From IMG/VR virus record IMGVR_UViG_3300043803_002519: a stretch of DNA of 64,000 nt, one strand, 5' to 3'. This document shows positions 54,828 through 62,684 of this stretch, piece after piece (position 1 is the first letter of the stretch; every line of letters starts with the position of its first letter). Under the pieces are notes generated by a model. It ran no database searches. It was given only the letters and a program-made list of their open reading frames with translations, and was not told the DNA's origin. The DNA is from a virus. The translations under genes were made by a program, and so were the position numbers.

Positions 54828-57419
54828 TTAGTGAGCGGGGGCGTCTGGGGCTGGGCGCGCGGTGGCTTGGGCGACGTGCACGCCGAGGGTCTGCGGCACC
54901 TCGTAGAGGGCGGGCCAGTTCCGGGCCCCGCCGCCGGCGCGCTCCTGCTTGTGGCCCTTCGACACCATGCGCTGCGTGAGGCGGCGCTGGGAGGGGACGA
55001 AGCGCTCGCCGTTGCGCTCGCACCACGACTTGAACAGGGTGTAGAGGCGCTCGTTGGTGATGGGCTTCGACGCCGAGGTGGGCGGGGTGTCGGTGATGCG
55101 GTCGTCGAGGAACTGCGCCACCACGTCGCCGGCGAGGCGGACCTCGGCGGCCGCGTCCTGCATCGCCTGCGGGATGGCGAGCCCTTGGCGGCGGTAGGCG
55201 TCGAAGCCGTCGACCAGCCAGCGGATGATGCCAGGCCCCTCGGCCCGCAGGGTGTCGCGCAGGGACAGGTCAGGGTTGTCGCGGAAGCTGCGGTTGAAGG
55301 GGATGAGGACGAAGCGACGCCGCATCGCCGGGTCGGAGACGTCAATCTCGTAGCCGGGGTTGGCCGAGAAGAAGAGCGTGAACTGCCCCTTGTACTCGAA
55401 GAAGTTCTCCCTCATCAGCCGCGCGCGGATGGGGTCCTCACCCGTGCAGGTCTTCAGGATGGCGGAGTCCATGCGGCGGTTCTGCGGGAGCTCCTCGGGG
55501 AAGACGAAGCGACGCCCCGCCCACGAGGCCAGGTCGACCGGGACCGCCGGGTCGCCGTGGCGCTCGATGAAGGTCTCCGCCTTCGCCGAGGTCGTGTACT
55601 CCGGGCCGAGGGCGTCGGAGATGGCGCGCTGCAGGACACCTTTGCCGTTGCCGCCGTCGCCCTGCATGAAGAACATCTTCTGCTCGCGGCAGTACCCCGA
55701 CATGGCGTAGCCCAGGGCGCGCTGGAGGAAGGCCGCGTGCTCGGCGTTGCCGTCCATCACCTCGAGGATGAAGCGCTCGAAGCGAGGGCACCGGGCCTTG
55801 GGGTCGTAGGGCGGCATTGACGGCGGCGTCGCCCGGGTGAGGTAGTCCTCGCGCCGCGGCGCGCGGGGGACGATGGGGACGGCGGGGTCGAGGGGCAGGT
55901 GGAGGGTCTGGCCACCCGTGTTGATGACGCCGGGCAGCTGGTCGAAGACCTCGGCCGAGCCGCCTACCTCGGGGAAGCCGCCCATGCGCGCTACGTCCAC
56001 CATCTCCCGGAGGCCCGAGGCGCTGGCCGCGTGGCGGTAGTTGGCCATGCGCTGCTTCAGGGGGGTCAGCGACATGGCGTTGGACACCTCGACACGGTGC
56101 ACGTCGGCTACGCGGTGGGCCAGGTGGAAGACGTCGTTGGCCACGGTGGGGGACAGGTGCCAGTGTCCGCGGGTGGGGGACCACGTCGCCCACTCCTTCC
56201 TCTCCAGTGCCCAGCGGTAGTTGCCCTGCATCAAGGCGACGAGGGACCGGGCGTTCTCGATGCCCGTGCCGTCGGACTGCGGCGCGGCGGGGGGCGGGGG
56301 GTCTTCGTCCTGGACGAGGGACCGGGCGTTCTCGATGCCCGTGCCGTCGGACTGCGGCGCGGCGGGGGGCGGGGGGTCTTCGTCCTGGACGAGGGGCGGG
56401 GGCGCGTCGGCGGTGCGGGCGAGGGCCCGGGCTACCGCGGCGTGGGGGGCGGCGGGCTCGCTGGGGCCGGTCGGGGTGCTCGAGGAGGCCTCGTCCCACC
56501 AGGTGATGTCGCACTTCGAACAGTGCAGGTATCGCTGGTGCACGGTCTCGAAGCGGCCGTTGGCGCCGAGACGGCGGACGGGCTTGGCGGAGACGAAGGC
56601 CGATGGGTGCTGGTCAGGGTGCTCGGGGTTGATGCACCGGGTTTTTTGCTTGGCGCCGGGCTCGGGGTGCAGGTCGACGAGCTCGGGATAGTCGACGAAG
56701 CGGACGTCCACGGTGCGGGCCGGGGAGGTGGCCGCGGCGACGGCCTGCTGGGTGGCAGGGTCGGCGCGGAGCCGAGCCTCGGCCCACTGGGACATGGCGT
56801 CGAGGGTGTGGGTCGGCCCGTTGAAGTAGGCGATGGTCTGGTGTCGGCCCTCGTGGAGGCCGCCGGGAAGGCGCATGCGGCGGGAGGGGTCGGTCAGGCG
56901 ACGGTCGGCGTCGGGGCCGAGGGCGACGGCGAGGGCCGTCTGGGTGGCGCGCCACCGGGTGAGGTCGTGGGCGTTGCGGGGGTCGACGGGGGGGTCAACC
57001 TGCCAATAGGCGTGCACCGACTTCCCCGGGGCGGCGTGGCGAGGGTCACCCGACAGGACCAGCATGGTGGGGTGAGGGATGCGGCCTCGGTCGACGAGGG
57101 TGGCGATGTGGCGGAGCTGCTCGTCGACACGGGCGGCGCACCAGAGGGGGTCTTGTTTCTGCTCGAGCGTGCCCTCGGGGTCGACCTCGGCGAAGCAGAA
57201 GGGCATGGCCACGACGTGGGCGGACGCGGCGCCCTCGCCCGTAGGACCGAAGGAGTGGTCGGCGAGGAATCGGGCCGGCGTCCAGTAGTGACCGCGGGCG
57301 CCGGGGATGTGGCCGTGCCAGTGCGACTGGTCCGGGGGCGGGGTGTAGTCGAGGTCCTCGTCCGTGAAGTCGCCGAAGTCGGGCGCTTCGTGCAGGCCGA
57401 CGGGGAGAGGGAGGGGCAT
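54828..57419 (-). CDS. bifunctional primase (AEP/prim-pol-like) and SF3 (D5/P4-type) helicase
   Basis: LVLSGDPRHAAPGKSVHAYWQV. Zinc-binding CINPEH...CSKC. Walker A GDGGNGKGV, Walker B FVFPEE, motif C FFSAN. The Met at 57419 was chosen over the track start at 57623. Confidence 0.8.
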   Translation of the reverse strand: MPLPLPVGLHEAPDFGDFTDEDLDYTPPPDQSHWHGHIPGARGHYWTPARFLADHSFGPTGEGAASAHVVAMPFCFAEVDPEGTLEQKQDPLWCAARVDEQLRHIATLVDRGRIPHPTMLVLSGDPRHAAPGKSVHAYWQVDPPVDPRNAHDLTRWRATQTALAVALGPDADRRLTDPSRRMRLPGGLHEGRHQTIAYFNGPTHTLDAMSQWAEARLRADPATQQAVAAATSPARTVDVRFVDYPELVDLHPEPGAKQKTRCINPEHPDQHPSAFVSAKPVRRLGANGRFETVHQRYLHCSKCDITWWDEASSSTPTGPSEPAAPHAAVARALARTADAPPPLVQDEDPPPPAAPQSDGTGIENARSLVQDEDPPPPAAPQSDGTGIENARSLVALMQGNYRWALERKEWATWSPTRGHWHLSPTVANDVFHLAHRVADVHRVEVSNAMSLTPLKQRMANYRHAASASGLREMVDVARMGGFPEVGGSAEVFDQLPGVINTGGQTLHLPLDPAVPIVPRAPRREDYLTRATPPSMPPYDPKARCPRFERFILEVMDGNAEHAAFLQRALGYAMSGYCREQKMFFMQGDGGNGKGVLQRAISDALGPEYTTSAKAETFIERHGDPAVPVDLASWAGRRFVFPEELPQNRRMDSAILKTCTGEDPIRARLMRENFFEYKGQFTLFFSANPGYEIDVSDPAMRRRFVLIPFNRSFRDNPDLSLRDTLRAEGPGIIRWLVDGFDAYRRQGLAIPQAMQDAAAEVRLAGDVVAQFLDDRITDTPPTSASKPITNERLYTLFKSWCERNGERFVPSQRRLTQRMVSKGHKQERAGGGARNWPALYEVPQTLGVHVAQATARPAPDAPAH
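56238..56387. repeat. perfect 75-bp tandem duplication inside the primase linker
   Basis: The unit gacgagggaccgggcgttctcgatgcccgtgccgtcggactgcggcgcggcggggggcggggggtcttcgtcctg occurs twice, and the next 8 nt start a third copy. It encodes LVQDEDPPPPAAPQSDGTGIENARS x2. Confidence 0.95.
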
Positions 57420-57641
57420 GGGGACCTCGAGCGGCGGGGACAGGGCGCCGGGCCCCCCACCACCTGCAATGGCGGAGGGCCGGCGGGGGCCACCGTTGGC
57501 CCCTGAACCTGTAGTGAGCAGGGTGTGCGCGGGGGTTGCAGGCCCCGAGGAGAGGAACCTACCACACATTCGCGTGGCGTGGGAGTGGCGTGGGGGTGAG
57601 GGTGGAGAAATAAGTGCCCCCACCCAGGCCCCCGACCCGTC

Positions 57642-57723
57642 GCCTATTTAGCGGGTGTGCCCAGCCTCGGATAGGAGGGCTCGCATTTAGGCGAGGGCGA
57701 CGGGGCCGGGCGCCTAAATAGGC
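57642..57723. promoter_or_regulatory. left cluster of GCCTA-NN-TAGGC boxes (3 sites)
   Basis: GCCTATTTAGCG at 57642-57653. Degenerate CGCATTTAGGCG near 57682-57693. Perfect GCCTAAATAGGC at 57712-57723. Confidence 0.55.
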
Positions 57724-57834
57724 GCTGCGTAAGCCTCGGGGGTGGCATCGGAGAGGGTGTCGCGGGGCCCGCCGGCAGGCCGAAACACCCACACTGGGGG
57801 GTGGTGGGCACGTCGTCGTGACAAGAAGTGCGTG

Positions 57835-58140
57835 GAAATAGGGAAAACGACAGTTTGGCGGCCGATTGTGCACTTGTTGGGTGGGGTGTTGCACTTCCTT
57901 TTAGGGCTTTCTGTAGTTTGGAGGCCGTTTGTGCACTTGTTACGCTTCTTTCGGGGTATGAACGCGCATACGAGAGTGATTGACATGTCAAGTGTAACCC
58001 TCATGTAGTACATCACATGTGAGGTGTATACGGCCGTGTCATACCCCCAAAGAAGCGTAACAAGTGAACAGTTGGCCTCAAACCTACCGAAAGCCCTATA
58101 CCGAAGTGCAACACGAAGTGACACACCCTATTTGGCTGTT
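57835..58140. repeat. AT-richer ~300-bp imperfect palindrome (candidate origin or operator region)
   Basis: 57934-57961 is complementary to 58039-58066 at 27 of 28 positions. The outer arms are related with indels. There are three (G/T)TGCACTT-like 8-mers per arm. The 12-bp perfect palindrome TTGACATGTCAA lies near the centre at 57980-57991. Confidence 0.7.
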
Positions 58141-58156
58141 CGGCGGGGGCGGCCGC

Positions 58157-58263
58157 GCCTATTTAGGCCTCCGGGATGAAGGCGTCCCCGCTTATTTAGG
58201 CGGCCCTCGATAGCGCCTATTTAGGCCACGGGGTGAGGGCGTCTGGGCATCGCCTAAATAGGC
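58157..58263. promoter_or_regulatory. right cluster of GCCTA-NN-TAGGC boxes (4 sites)
   Basis: GCCTATTTAGGC at 58157-58168. GCTTATTTAGGC at 58190-58201. GCCTATTTAGGC at 58215-58226. GCCTAAATAGGC at 58252-58263. Confidence 0.6.
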
Positions 58264-58298
58264 AAGGTGCGGAGTGTTGCAGACCCTGCTACGAGGTG

Positions 58299-58328
58299 TT
58301 GACGGCCACCCCGGCGGCGGAGTAGGCT
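58299..58328 (+). promoter_or_regulatory. candidate promoter giving a leaderless mRNA
   Basis: TTGACG-N18-TAGGCT, with the -10 ending 6 nt before the ATG at 58335. Confidence 0.4.
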
Positions 58329-58334
58329 GTCGAC

Positions 58335-58931
58335 ATGCCCCGAGTGCTGAACAGGCGAGCCACGTTGGACGACCGAGCCAAGCTCGAGACCATTGTTCGT
58401 GAGCAGGGCTGGTCGATTGCCACGATGAACCGCGCGGCGGCGGAGATTGGTCTCCACCCGCGCACGATCCGACGCATCTGGAACAGCACCGTGCGCTACG
58501 TCGCCGGCGGCGAGTCCGTTGGCGACTGGGTACGGAACAAGCGGGACGAGCAGCTGGCTCGGCTCGAGTATATAAGCGCCAAGGCGACGGCCGCGGGCGA
58601 TTTCTCCGCCGCCGCGAAGGTCGAGATGGTCTACGCCCAGGTGGCGGGGACCTTGTCGCCCACGAAAATCCTGCACTCGGGCGCCGTTTCGGTCACGCAC
58701 AGCGCCGCGGTGGCCGCGGTGTCGAAGATGAGCCACGACGAGCTCCGCCTGGCGGTCTACCAAGGCAACGAGCAGCCCCTGGAGGTGCTCGAGGCGGCCT
58801 TTGAGGCCGTTGGGGAGGCCAAGGAGGCCTCGGAGGTGCTCCCGGCGGCCCCTGAGGTGCCCCCGGCGGTGGCCAGGGCCCTCGCGAGGCTCAGCGCGGG
58901 TCGGGGAGGGTCCGGATCAAGCGCCGGATGA
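58335..58931 (+). CDS. HTH DNA-binding protein (candidate binder of the adjacent boxes)
   Basis: GWSIATMNRAAAEIGLHPRTIRRIW is HTH-like, followed by a helical region. 198 aa. The only plus-strand gene in this area. Confidence 0.5.
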   Translation: MPRVLNRRATLDDRAKLETIVREQGWSIATMNRAAAEIGLHPRTIRRIWNSTVRYVAGGESVGDWVRNKRDEQLARLEYISAKATAAGDFSAAAKVEMVYAQVAGTLSPTKILHSGAVSVTHSAAVAAVSKMSHDELRLAVYQGNEQPLEVLEAAFEAVGEAKEASEVLPAAPEVPPAVARALARLSAGRGGSGSSAG

Positions 58932-59310
58932 CCTCGCTGTTGTTGGTTCCCTCCCGTTTGGCCGCCGCCACGAGGCGCTCCCGCTCCTCGGGCAGTAGGC
59001 GAACCGCCACGAGGGGCGTTCCGCCCGGCGTCGACACGCCGTCGAGGCGCACGGTGCGGGGGTTTGGGGCGGGCGAGCCGTCCCGAGGTTGCGAGCCGGC
59101 GAGGAAGAGCAGGCTGGGGTCCACCGCGAGGACCTCGAGCGCCTCGCCGAGGCTCAGGTCGAGGCGCAGGTCCTCGACGGGGTCGGCGTGCTTGTGGATG
59201 GCCAGCCCTTGGGCGTGGGCGTGCTCGAGCGCCTCGCGGAGGCCGAGCCCGAGGGGCCTGGCGAAGGCCACGAGGGCGGAGACGGGGATGGCGGAAGAGG
59301 ACGCGGGCAT
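58891..59310 (-). CDS. protein with C-terminal ribbon-helix-helix domain
   Basis: VAVRLLPEERERLVAAAKREGTNNSEVIRRLI. The MPASSSAIP start has a GGAG RBS. Its 3' end overlaps the convergent gene by 41 nt. Confidence 0.5.
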   Translation of the reverse strand: MPASSSAIPVSALVAFARPLGLGLREALEHAHAQGLAIHKHADPVEDLRLDLSLGEALEVLAVDPSLLFLAGSQPRDGSPAPNPRTVRLDGVSTPGGTPLVAVRLLPEERERLVAAAKREGTNNSEVIRRLIRTLPDPR

Positions 59311-59312
59311 GA

Positions 59313-59693
59313 CTACTCCTGAGGGGTTGGGGTGGGGGAGGGCGTGGTGGGGCGACCGTGGCGGGCGGGCCGTCCCGAGGTTGCGACCGCCGCCGCGGCC
59401 AGGTGGGCCTCGACGGTGAGCACCGCCCAGCCTTCGAACAGGTCGAGGAAGGTGACCCGCCGGTAGCGGGGGTTCCGCAGCTTGCGCGTCAGCCAGGCAC
59501 GGGGGGGCACCTGGCCGGCGTCGAGTTGCTCGCCCACCTCCTCGACGAGCGCCTCGACCATGTTGCGGGCCGTGATCCTGGCGAGGGCGTAGCCCGGGTC
59601 GGGCGCACCGAAGCGCACCAGGCGCGACCGGGCCCGGGCGACGTCCGGCCGACGTTGGACCTGCTCGAGCAGGGCGACCGTGGCGGGGCTCAC
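59313..59693 (-). CDS. hypothetical small protein
   Basis: GTG start in a GTGA overlap. 126 aa. Confidence 0.45.
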   Translation of the reverse strand: MSPATVALLEQVQRRPDVARARSRLVRFGAPDPGYALARITARNMVEALVEEVGEQLDAGQVPPRAWLTRKLRNPRYRRVTFLDLFEGWAVLTVEAHLAAAAVATSGRPARHGRPTTPSPTPTPQE

Positions 59694-60001
59694 GGGGCAC
59701 CCTCGGCAGCGTCGAGGCACAGGGCGCAGGTCGAGCAGAGCACCATGCTGTACATGAGCTCCCCGGTGTCGGCGGTGAAGTGCGCGCGGTAGTCGTGGCC
59801 GGACCACCGGACCACCGGCAGGTCGAGCCAGTCAGGCGCGAGGCGGAGCCGGGCCGCCCGCAGGTGGGCCTCGAGGTACTCGGGCGACTCGGCGCCCAGC
59901 CGGGCCAGCAGTCGCCCGGCGTAGCGGTACACGCTGCGCTTGTGGGCACGCTTGCCCTCGTCGACCTGGTCCTGCGTCAGGAGGGGGCGGGCGGGGCTCA
60001 C
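59690..60001 (-). CDS. hypothetical small protein (Cys-containing C-terminus)
   Basis: GTG start in a GTGA overlap. 103 aa. Contains LCSTCALC. Confidence 0.45.
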   Translation of the reverse strand: MSPARPLLTQDQVDEGKRAHKRSVYRYAGRLLARLGAESPEYLEAHLRAARLRLAPDWLDLPVVRWSGHDYRAHFTADTGELMYSMVLCSTCALCLDAAEGAP

Positions 60002-60240
60002 GGGCGCCACACAGTGCCCCGGCGGGGGGGCTGGGGGTGGTCGAGCATGGACCCGCACAGGTCGGGCTGGCCCGCGCGCTTGCAGGCGAGCTCGTACAGG
60101 TCGACGTAGTGGGCGAAGGCACCGGAGGCCTCGGCCATCTCGTCCTCGTGCCCGTCCTCCTTCGCGAGGGCGAGCGCGCCGGCCCACTGCTGGGCGGCGT
60201 CCCGCAGGCGGTTGAGAACCCGCGCCTCGTCGGGGGTCAC
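59998..60240 (-). CDS. hypothetical small protein
   Basis: GTG start in a GTGA overlap. 80 aa. Confidence 0.45.
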   Translation of the reverse strand: MTPDEARVLNRLRDAAQQWAGALALAKEDGHEDEMAEASGAFAHYVDLYELACKRAGQPDLCGSMLDHPQPPRRGTVWRP

Positions 60241-60536
60241 TGGGACACCTCCCGTGCGTCTGCGACCCTCGAGGGGTGCTCGCGGTCCAGCACCGGGTAT
60301 CCGCCCCACCCGCCGCCGAGGCTGGAGGGGGAGCCGATTCGAGTTGATTGGCACGGTCGACCGGGGCGCGCACCGCACGTCGGGCAGTCGACGGCGCGGC
60401 GCTGCTTCTGGGTGAGGCGGGCGGGGCGGTCCATGATGTTCTCCGAGGGGGCGGGGTGGATGGGCGTGTGCCACGTCGGCGTGGGCTCGCCGGCCTCGGC
60501 GGCGAACACGGCGATCAGCGATGCGTCGCGGGTCAC
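60237..60536 (-). CDS. small zinc-finger protein
   Basis: RAVDCPTCGARPGRPC. GTG start in a GTGA overlap. 99 aa. Confidence 0.45.
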   Translation of the reverse strand: MTRDASLIAVFAAEAGEPTPTWHTPIHPAPSENIMDRPARLTQKQRRAVDCPTCGARPGRPCQSTRIGSPSSLGGGWGGYPVLDREHPSRVADAREVSQ

Positions 60537-60766
60537 GAGGCGGCCCGCGTGCCGAGGCGGTCCATGAGCGCGGCGACGGCGTCCCGCTTCGACGTGTAGG
60601 CGTCCTGCGGCTCAGACTCGCGGCGGTTCTGCCACGCTTCCGCGTCCGTCCGCATGTAGACCCAGCGGTTGACACCTCGGACCTCGCCGTGGTCGTGGAA
60701 CACGCGCCACGTCGTGCCAGACGCGCAGTCGTGGTGCTCGTAGAGGCCGGCGGATAGGCGGTTCAC
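60533..60766 (-). CDS. hypothetical small protein
   Basis: GTG start in a GTGA overlap. 77 aa. Confidence 0.4.
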   Translation of the reverse strand: MNRLSAGLYEHHDCASGTTWRVFHDHGEVRGVNRWVYMRTDAEAWQNRRESEPQDAYTSKRDAVAALMDRLGTRAAS

Positions 60767-60855
60767 GGGCGCACCGACGTGAGGGCGGCGAGCGCCGTCT
60801 CGAAGGCTTCGCCGGCCGCCTCGAAGGCTTCCTTGGCCCAGTAGGCCGCGCTCAC
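60763..60855 (-). CDS. possible 30-aa micro-ORF linking two coupled genes
   Basis: VSAAYWAKEAFEAAGEAFETALAALTSVRP. GTGA overlaps at both ends. Confidence 0.25.
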   Translation of the reverse strand: MSAAYWAKEAFEAAGEAFETALAALTSVRP

Positions 60856-61217
60856 TTGGCACGCTCGGCGAGGTGGCGAGCCTGCCACGCTTGCCACGAG
60901 GGGGCATCGGCCACCCGGTCGGCCCGGTGGGCGAAGCAGGCCGATGCGGTGAGGCGCCAGCGGGTGCCGGCGAACATGCCGTCCGGCACCGCCTCCACGA
61001 GGCCGCGGGCCACGAGCGCCTCGCGGGTCTTCTGGTGCGCGGGCACCGAGAAGGTGTGCAGGTAGAGGCGCGGCCAGCCGCCGCTGCCGGCGTCCATCTC
61101 GCGGGTGCGCTGAAAGCTGCCGTCTGCCCAGTCGAAGGGGTCTGCCCGGAAGGCGGCCCACAGGTCGGCGGTGAGCGCGGCGTAGTCGACCGGGCGGGGG
61201 GTGGGGGTCGTGGACAT
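60852..61217 (-). CDS. hypothetical protein
   Basis: 121 aa. GGAG RBS. A hairpin lies in the leader. Confidence 0.5.
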   Translation of the reverse strand: MSTTPTPRPVDYAALTADLWAAFRADPFDWADGSFQRTREMDAGSGGWPRLYLHTFSVPAHQKTREALVARGLVEAVPDGMFAGTRWRLTASACFAHRADRVADAPSWQAWQARHLAERAK

Positions 61218-61315
61218 GGGGGAACTCCGGGCCCACCCGGCGGGATTGCCGGGGCGACGGACTGGCTACCGTCGGAGCGCCGCGCGGGCGCTTGCACCAA
61301 GGGAGGGGGACAGGT

Positions 61316-61564
61316 TCAGCCGGTGCAACAACCGCAACACGGAGAATCGATGCAGCGGCCGCGGGCGTTGCGGGTGACGACCGCCCCGCTCGCGAAGCGG
61401 GTCTCGACCACGCGCGGACCGGCCGCCCCGACGTCGTCCGCGCACGTCAGGTGGAACACCCGCCACGCCCGGCCGGGGCCCTCGAGCAGGGCGCCGCCCC
61501 GGGCGGGCACCCGGACCCCGCAGGAGGCGCAGGGGGCAGCGTAGCGGTTCACGGGCAGGGACAC
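61316..61564 (-). CDS. Cys-rich small protein ending CCGCCTG
   Basis: GGAGG-N6-GTG. Contains PCASCG, HLTCAD and RGRCIDSPCCGCCTG. 82 aa. Confidence 0.45.
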   Translation of the reverse strand: MSLPVNRYAAPCASCGVRVPARGGALLEGPGRAWRVFHLTCADDVGAAGPRVVETRFASGAVVTRNARGRCIDSPCCGCCTG

Positions 61565-61695
61565 GGGGCACCTCCGGAGGGGAACAGGTAGGCTGAGACC
61601 AGGGCCCACCCCACGAGGGGAAGCAGGGTAGCCGCCACCCCGAAGAGGGCGGACGCCCCCTCGGGGGTCAGGAACCCGAAGAGGGGCCGGCTCAC
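61549..61695 (-). CDS. possible 48-aa membrane peptide
   Basis: VSRPLFGFLTPEGASALFGVAATLLPLVGWALVSAYLF. GTGA overlap with the upstream micro-ORF. Confidence 0.3.
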   Translation of the reverse strand: MSRPLFGFLTPEGASALFGVAATLLPLVGWALVSAYLFPSGGAPCPCP

Positions 61696-61796
61696 CGGGC
61701 ACCCCCGCCGGGCGCCAGCTGGAAGCGGAACCAGTCGGCCCATTCGGGTGCGGGGCAGGGGGCGGGGGTGGTGCGGAAGTCGGCGGGCTTGGTCAT
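61692..61796 (-). CDS. possible 34-aa micro-ORF
   Basis: Hand translation: MTKPADFRTTPAPCPAPEWADWFRFQLAPGGGAR. GAGGA RBS. Confidence 0.25.
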   Translation of the reverse strand: MTKPADFRTTPAPCPAPEWADWFRFQLAPGGGAR

Positions 61797-61893
61797 ATTA
61801 CAGTCCTCGTTGGGGTTGCAGGTCGGTTCGAAGGCCAGGCCCTCGCCACAGCCCACCCCTGCGATAGGGTGGGCTGGGACGGTGCCCGGCCGG

Positions 61894-62382
61894 TCAGGCA
61901 GACTGGGCGACGGGCTCCTCGGCCACGACGGCCGCCCCGATCACCTCCAGCCGGGCCCCCTTGATGGACACCGCGCCGGCGCGGGGCTCCTTCGGCAGGC
62001 TGGCCGCGAACGCGGCGCGCAGGGCCTTGACCTGCTCCTCGAGGGTGGCCGCATCCGGGTCCACCTCCCCGGCCAGTTCGGCGGCCGTGGCCTTGACCAC
62101 GATCGCGGCGATGTGCTCGCGGGTACACCCTGCGTGCTTCAGGGCACGCGCAAGGACCCCGAAGAGGGACACGGATGCCGTGGGCGTGGCCATGCTGGCC
62201 GCCCCGACGGTAACACTGTCGTAGGCGAGGAGGACATCACCCGGCGCGGGGATGTCGCCGTCGGCCAGCTGGCGGAGCGCCCATGCGGCGCCCTCCAGCT
62301 TGCCGGCGGGGAGCGCCGGACGGGGGGGCGCGGCCTTGTGAGCGGCAGCGGCGAGCAGGAACAGGGTCTGGTCGTTGATCAT
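61894..62382 (-). CDS. hypothetical protein
   Basis: MINDQTLFLL start chosen inside track ORF 61894-62466. 162 aa. Confidence 0.5.
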   Translation of the reverse strand: MINDQTLFLLAAAAHKAAPPRPALPAGKLEGAAWALRQLADGDIPAPGDVLLAYDSVTVGAASMATPTASVSLFGVLARALKHAGCTREHIAAIVVKATAAELAGEVDPDAATLEEQVKALRAAFAASLPKEPRAGAVSIKGARLEVIGAAVVAEEPVAQSA

Positions 62383-62432
62383 TGTTGTAGTCCTCGGTGT
62401 GGGGTCGGGGTTTAGTGCGTCGCTACATAGAG

Positions 62433-62476
62433 AGTATAACACACCGTGTAGCGCGATGTGCAACATTTATTTAGGC
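62433..62476 (-). promoter_or_regulatory. candidate promoter with extended -10 and an upstream half-box
   Basis: Minus strand: CCTAAATAAAT-G-TTGCAC-N19 (last three nt TGT)-TATACT. Confidence 0.4.
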
Positions 62477-62674
62477 GGGCCCGCCGGTGGCCAGACGGAT
62501 CAGATCGGCGCTTGCGCCCGCGGCAAGCGCCGCGCGGATGCGCCGAGAGACCGTGCGCTCGCTGGCGTCCCGATCGAGCCGGGCGAGGGCCTGGATCGTG
62601 GCGACTACCTGACGGTCCTCGCCCTCAAGGGCGGTCTCGAGGGCGATGGCCTGGATCGTGGTGGGGGTATCCAT
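62471..62674 (-). CDS. hypothetical small protein
   Basis: MDTPTTIQAIALE start. 67 aa. Preceded by conserved leader element copy 2. Confidence 0.45.
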   Translation of the reverse strand: MDTPTTIQAIALETALEGEDRQVVATIQALARLDRDASERTVSRRIRAALAAGASADLIRLATGGPA

Positions 62675-62684
62675 GTAGACTCCA

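Noticed and set aside
57835-58140. The large palindrome considered as a protelomerase target (telRL-like)
   Set aside because: No protelomerase-sized or tyrosine-recombinase-like gene is adjacent or anywhere in the window. An origin or operator interpretation fits the neighbouring primase and HTH genes better. This is not formally excluded.
58335-58931. HTH protein considered as the terminase small subunit, with the boxes as a pac site
   Set aside because: The N-terminal HTH plus helical region is compatible with TerS. However, the gene is isolated among minus-strand early genes and is not contiguous with the terminase large subunit at the window start. It is kept as a generic DNA-binding protein.
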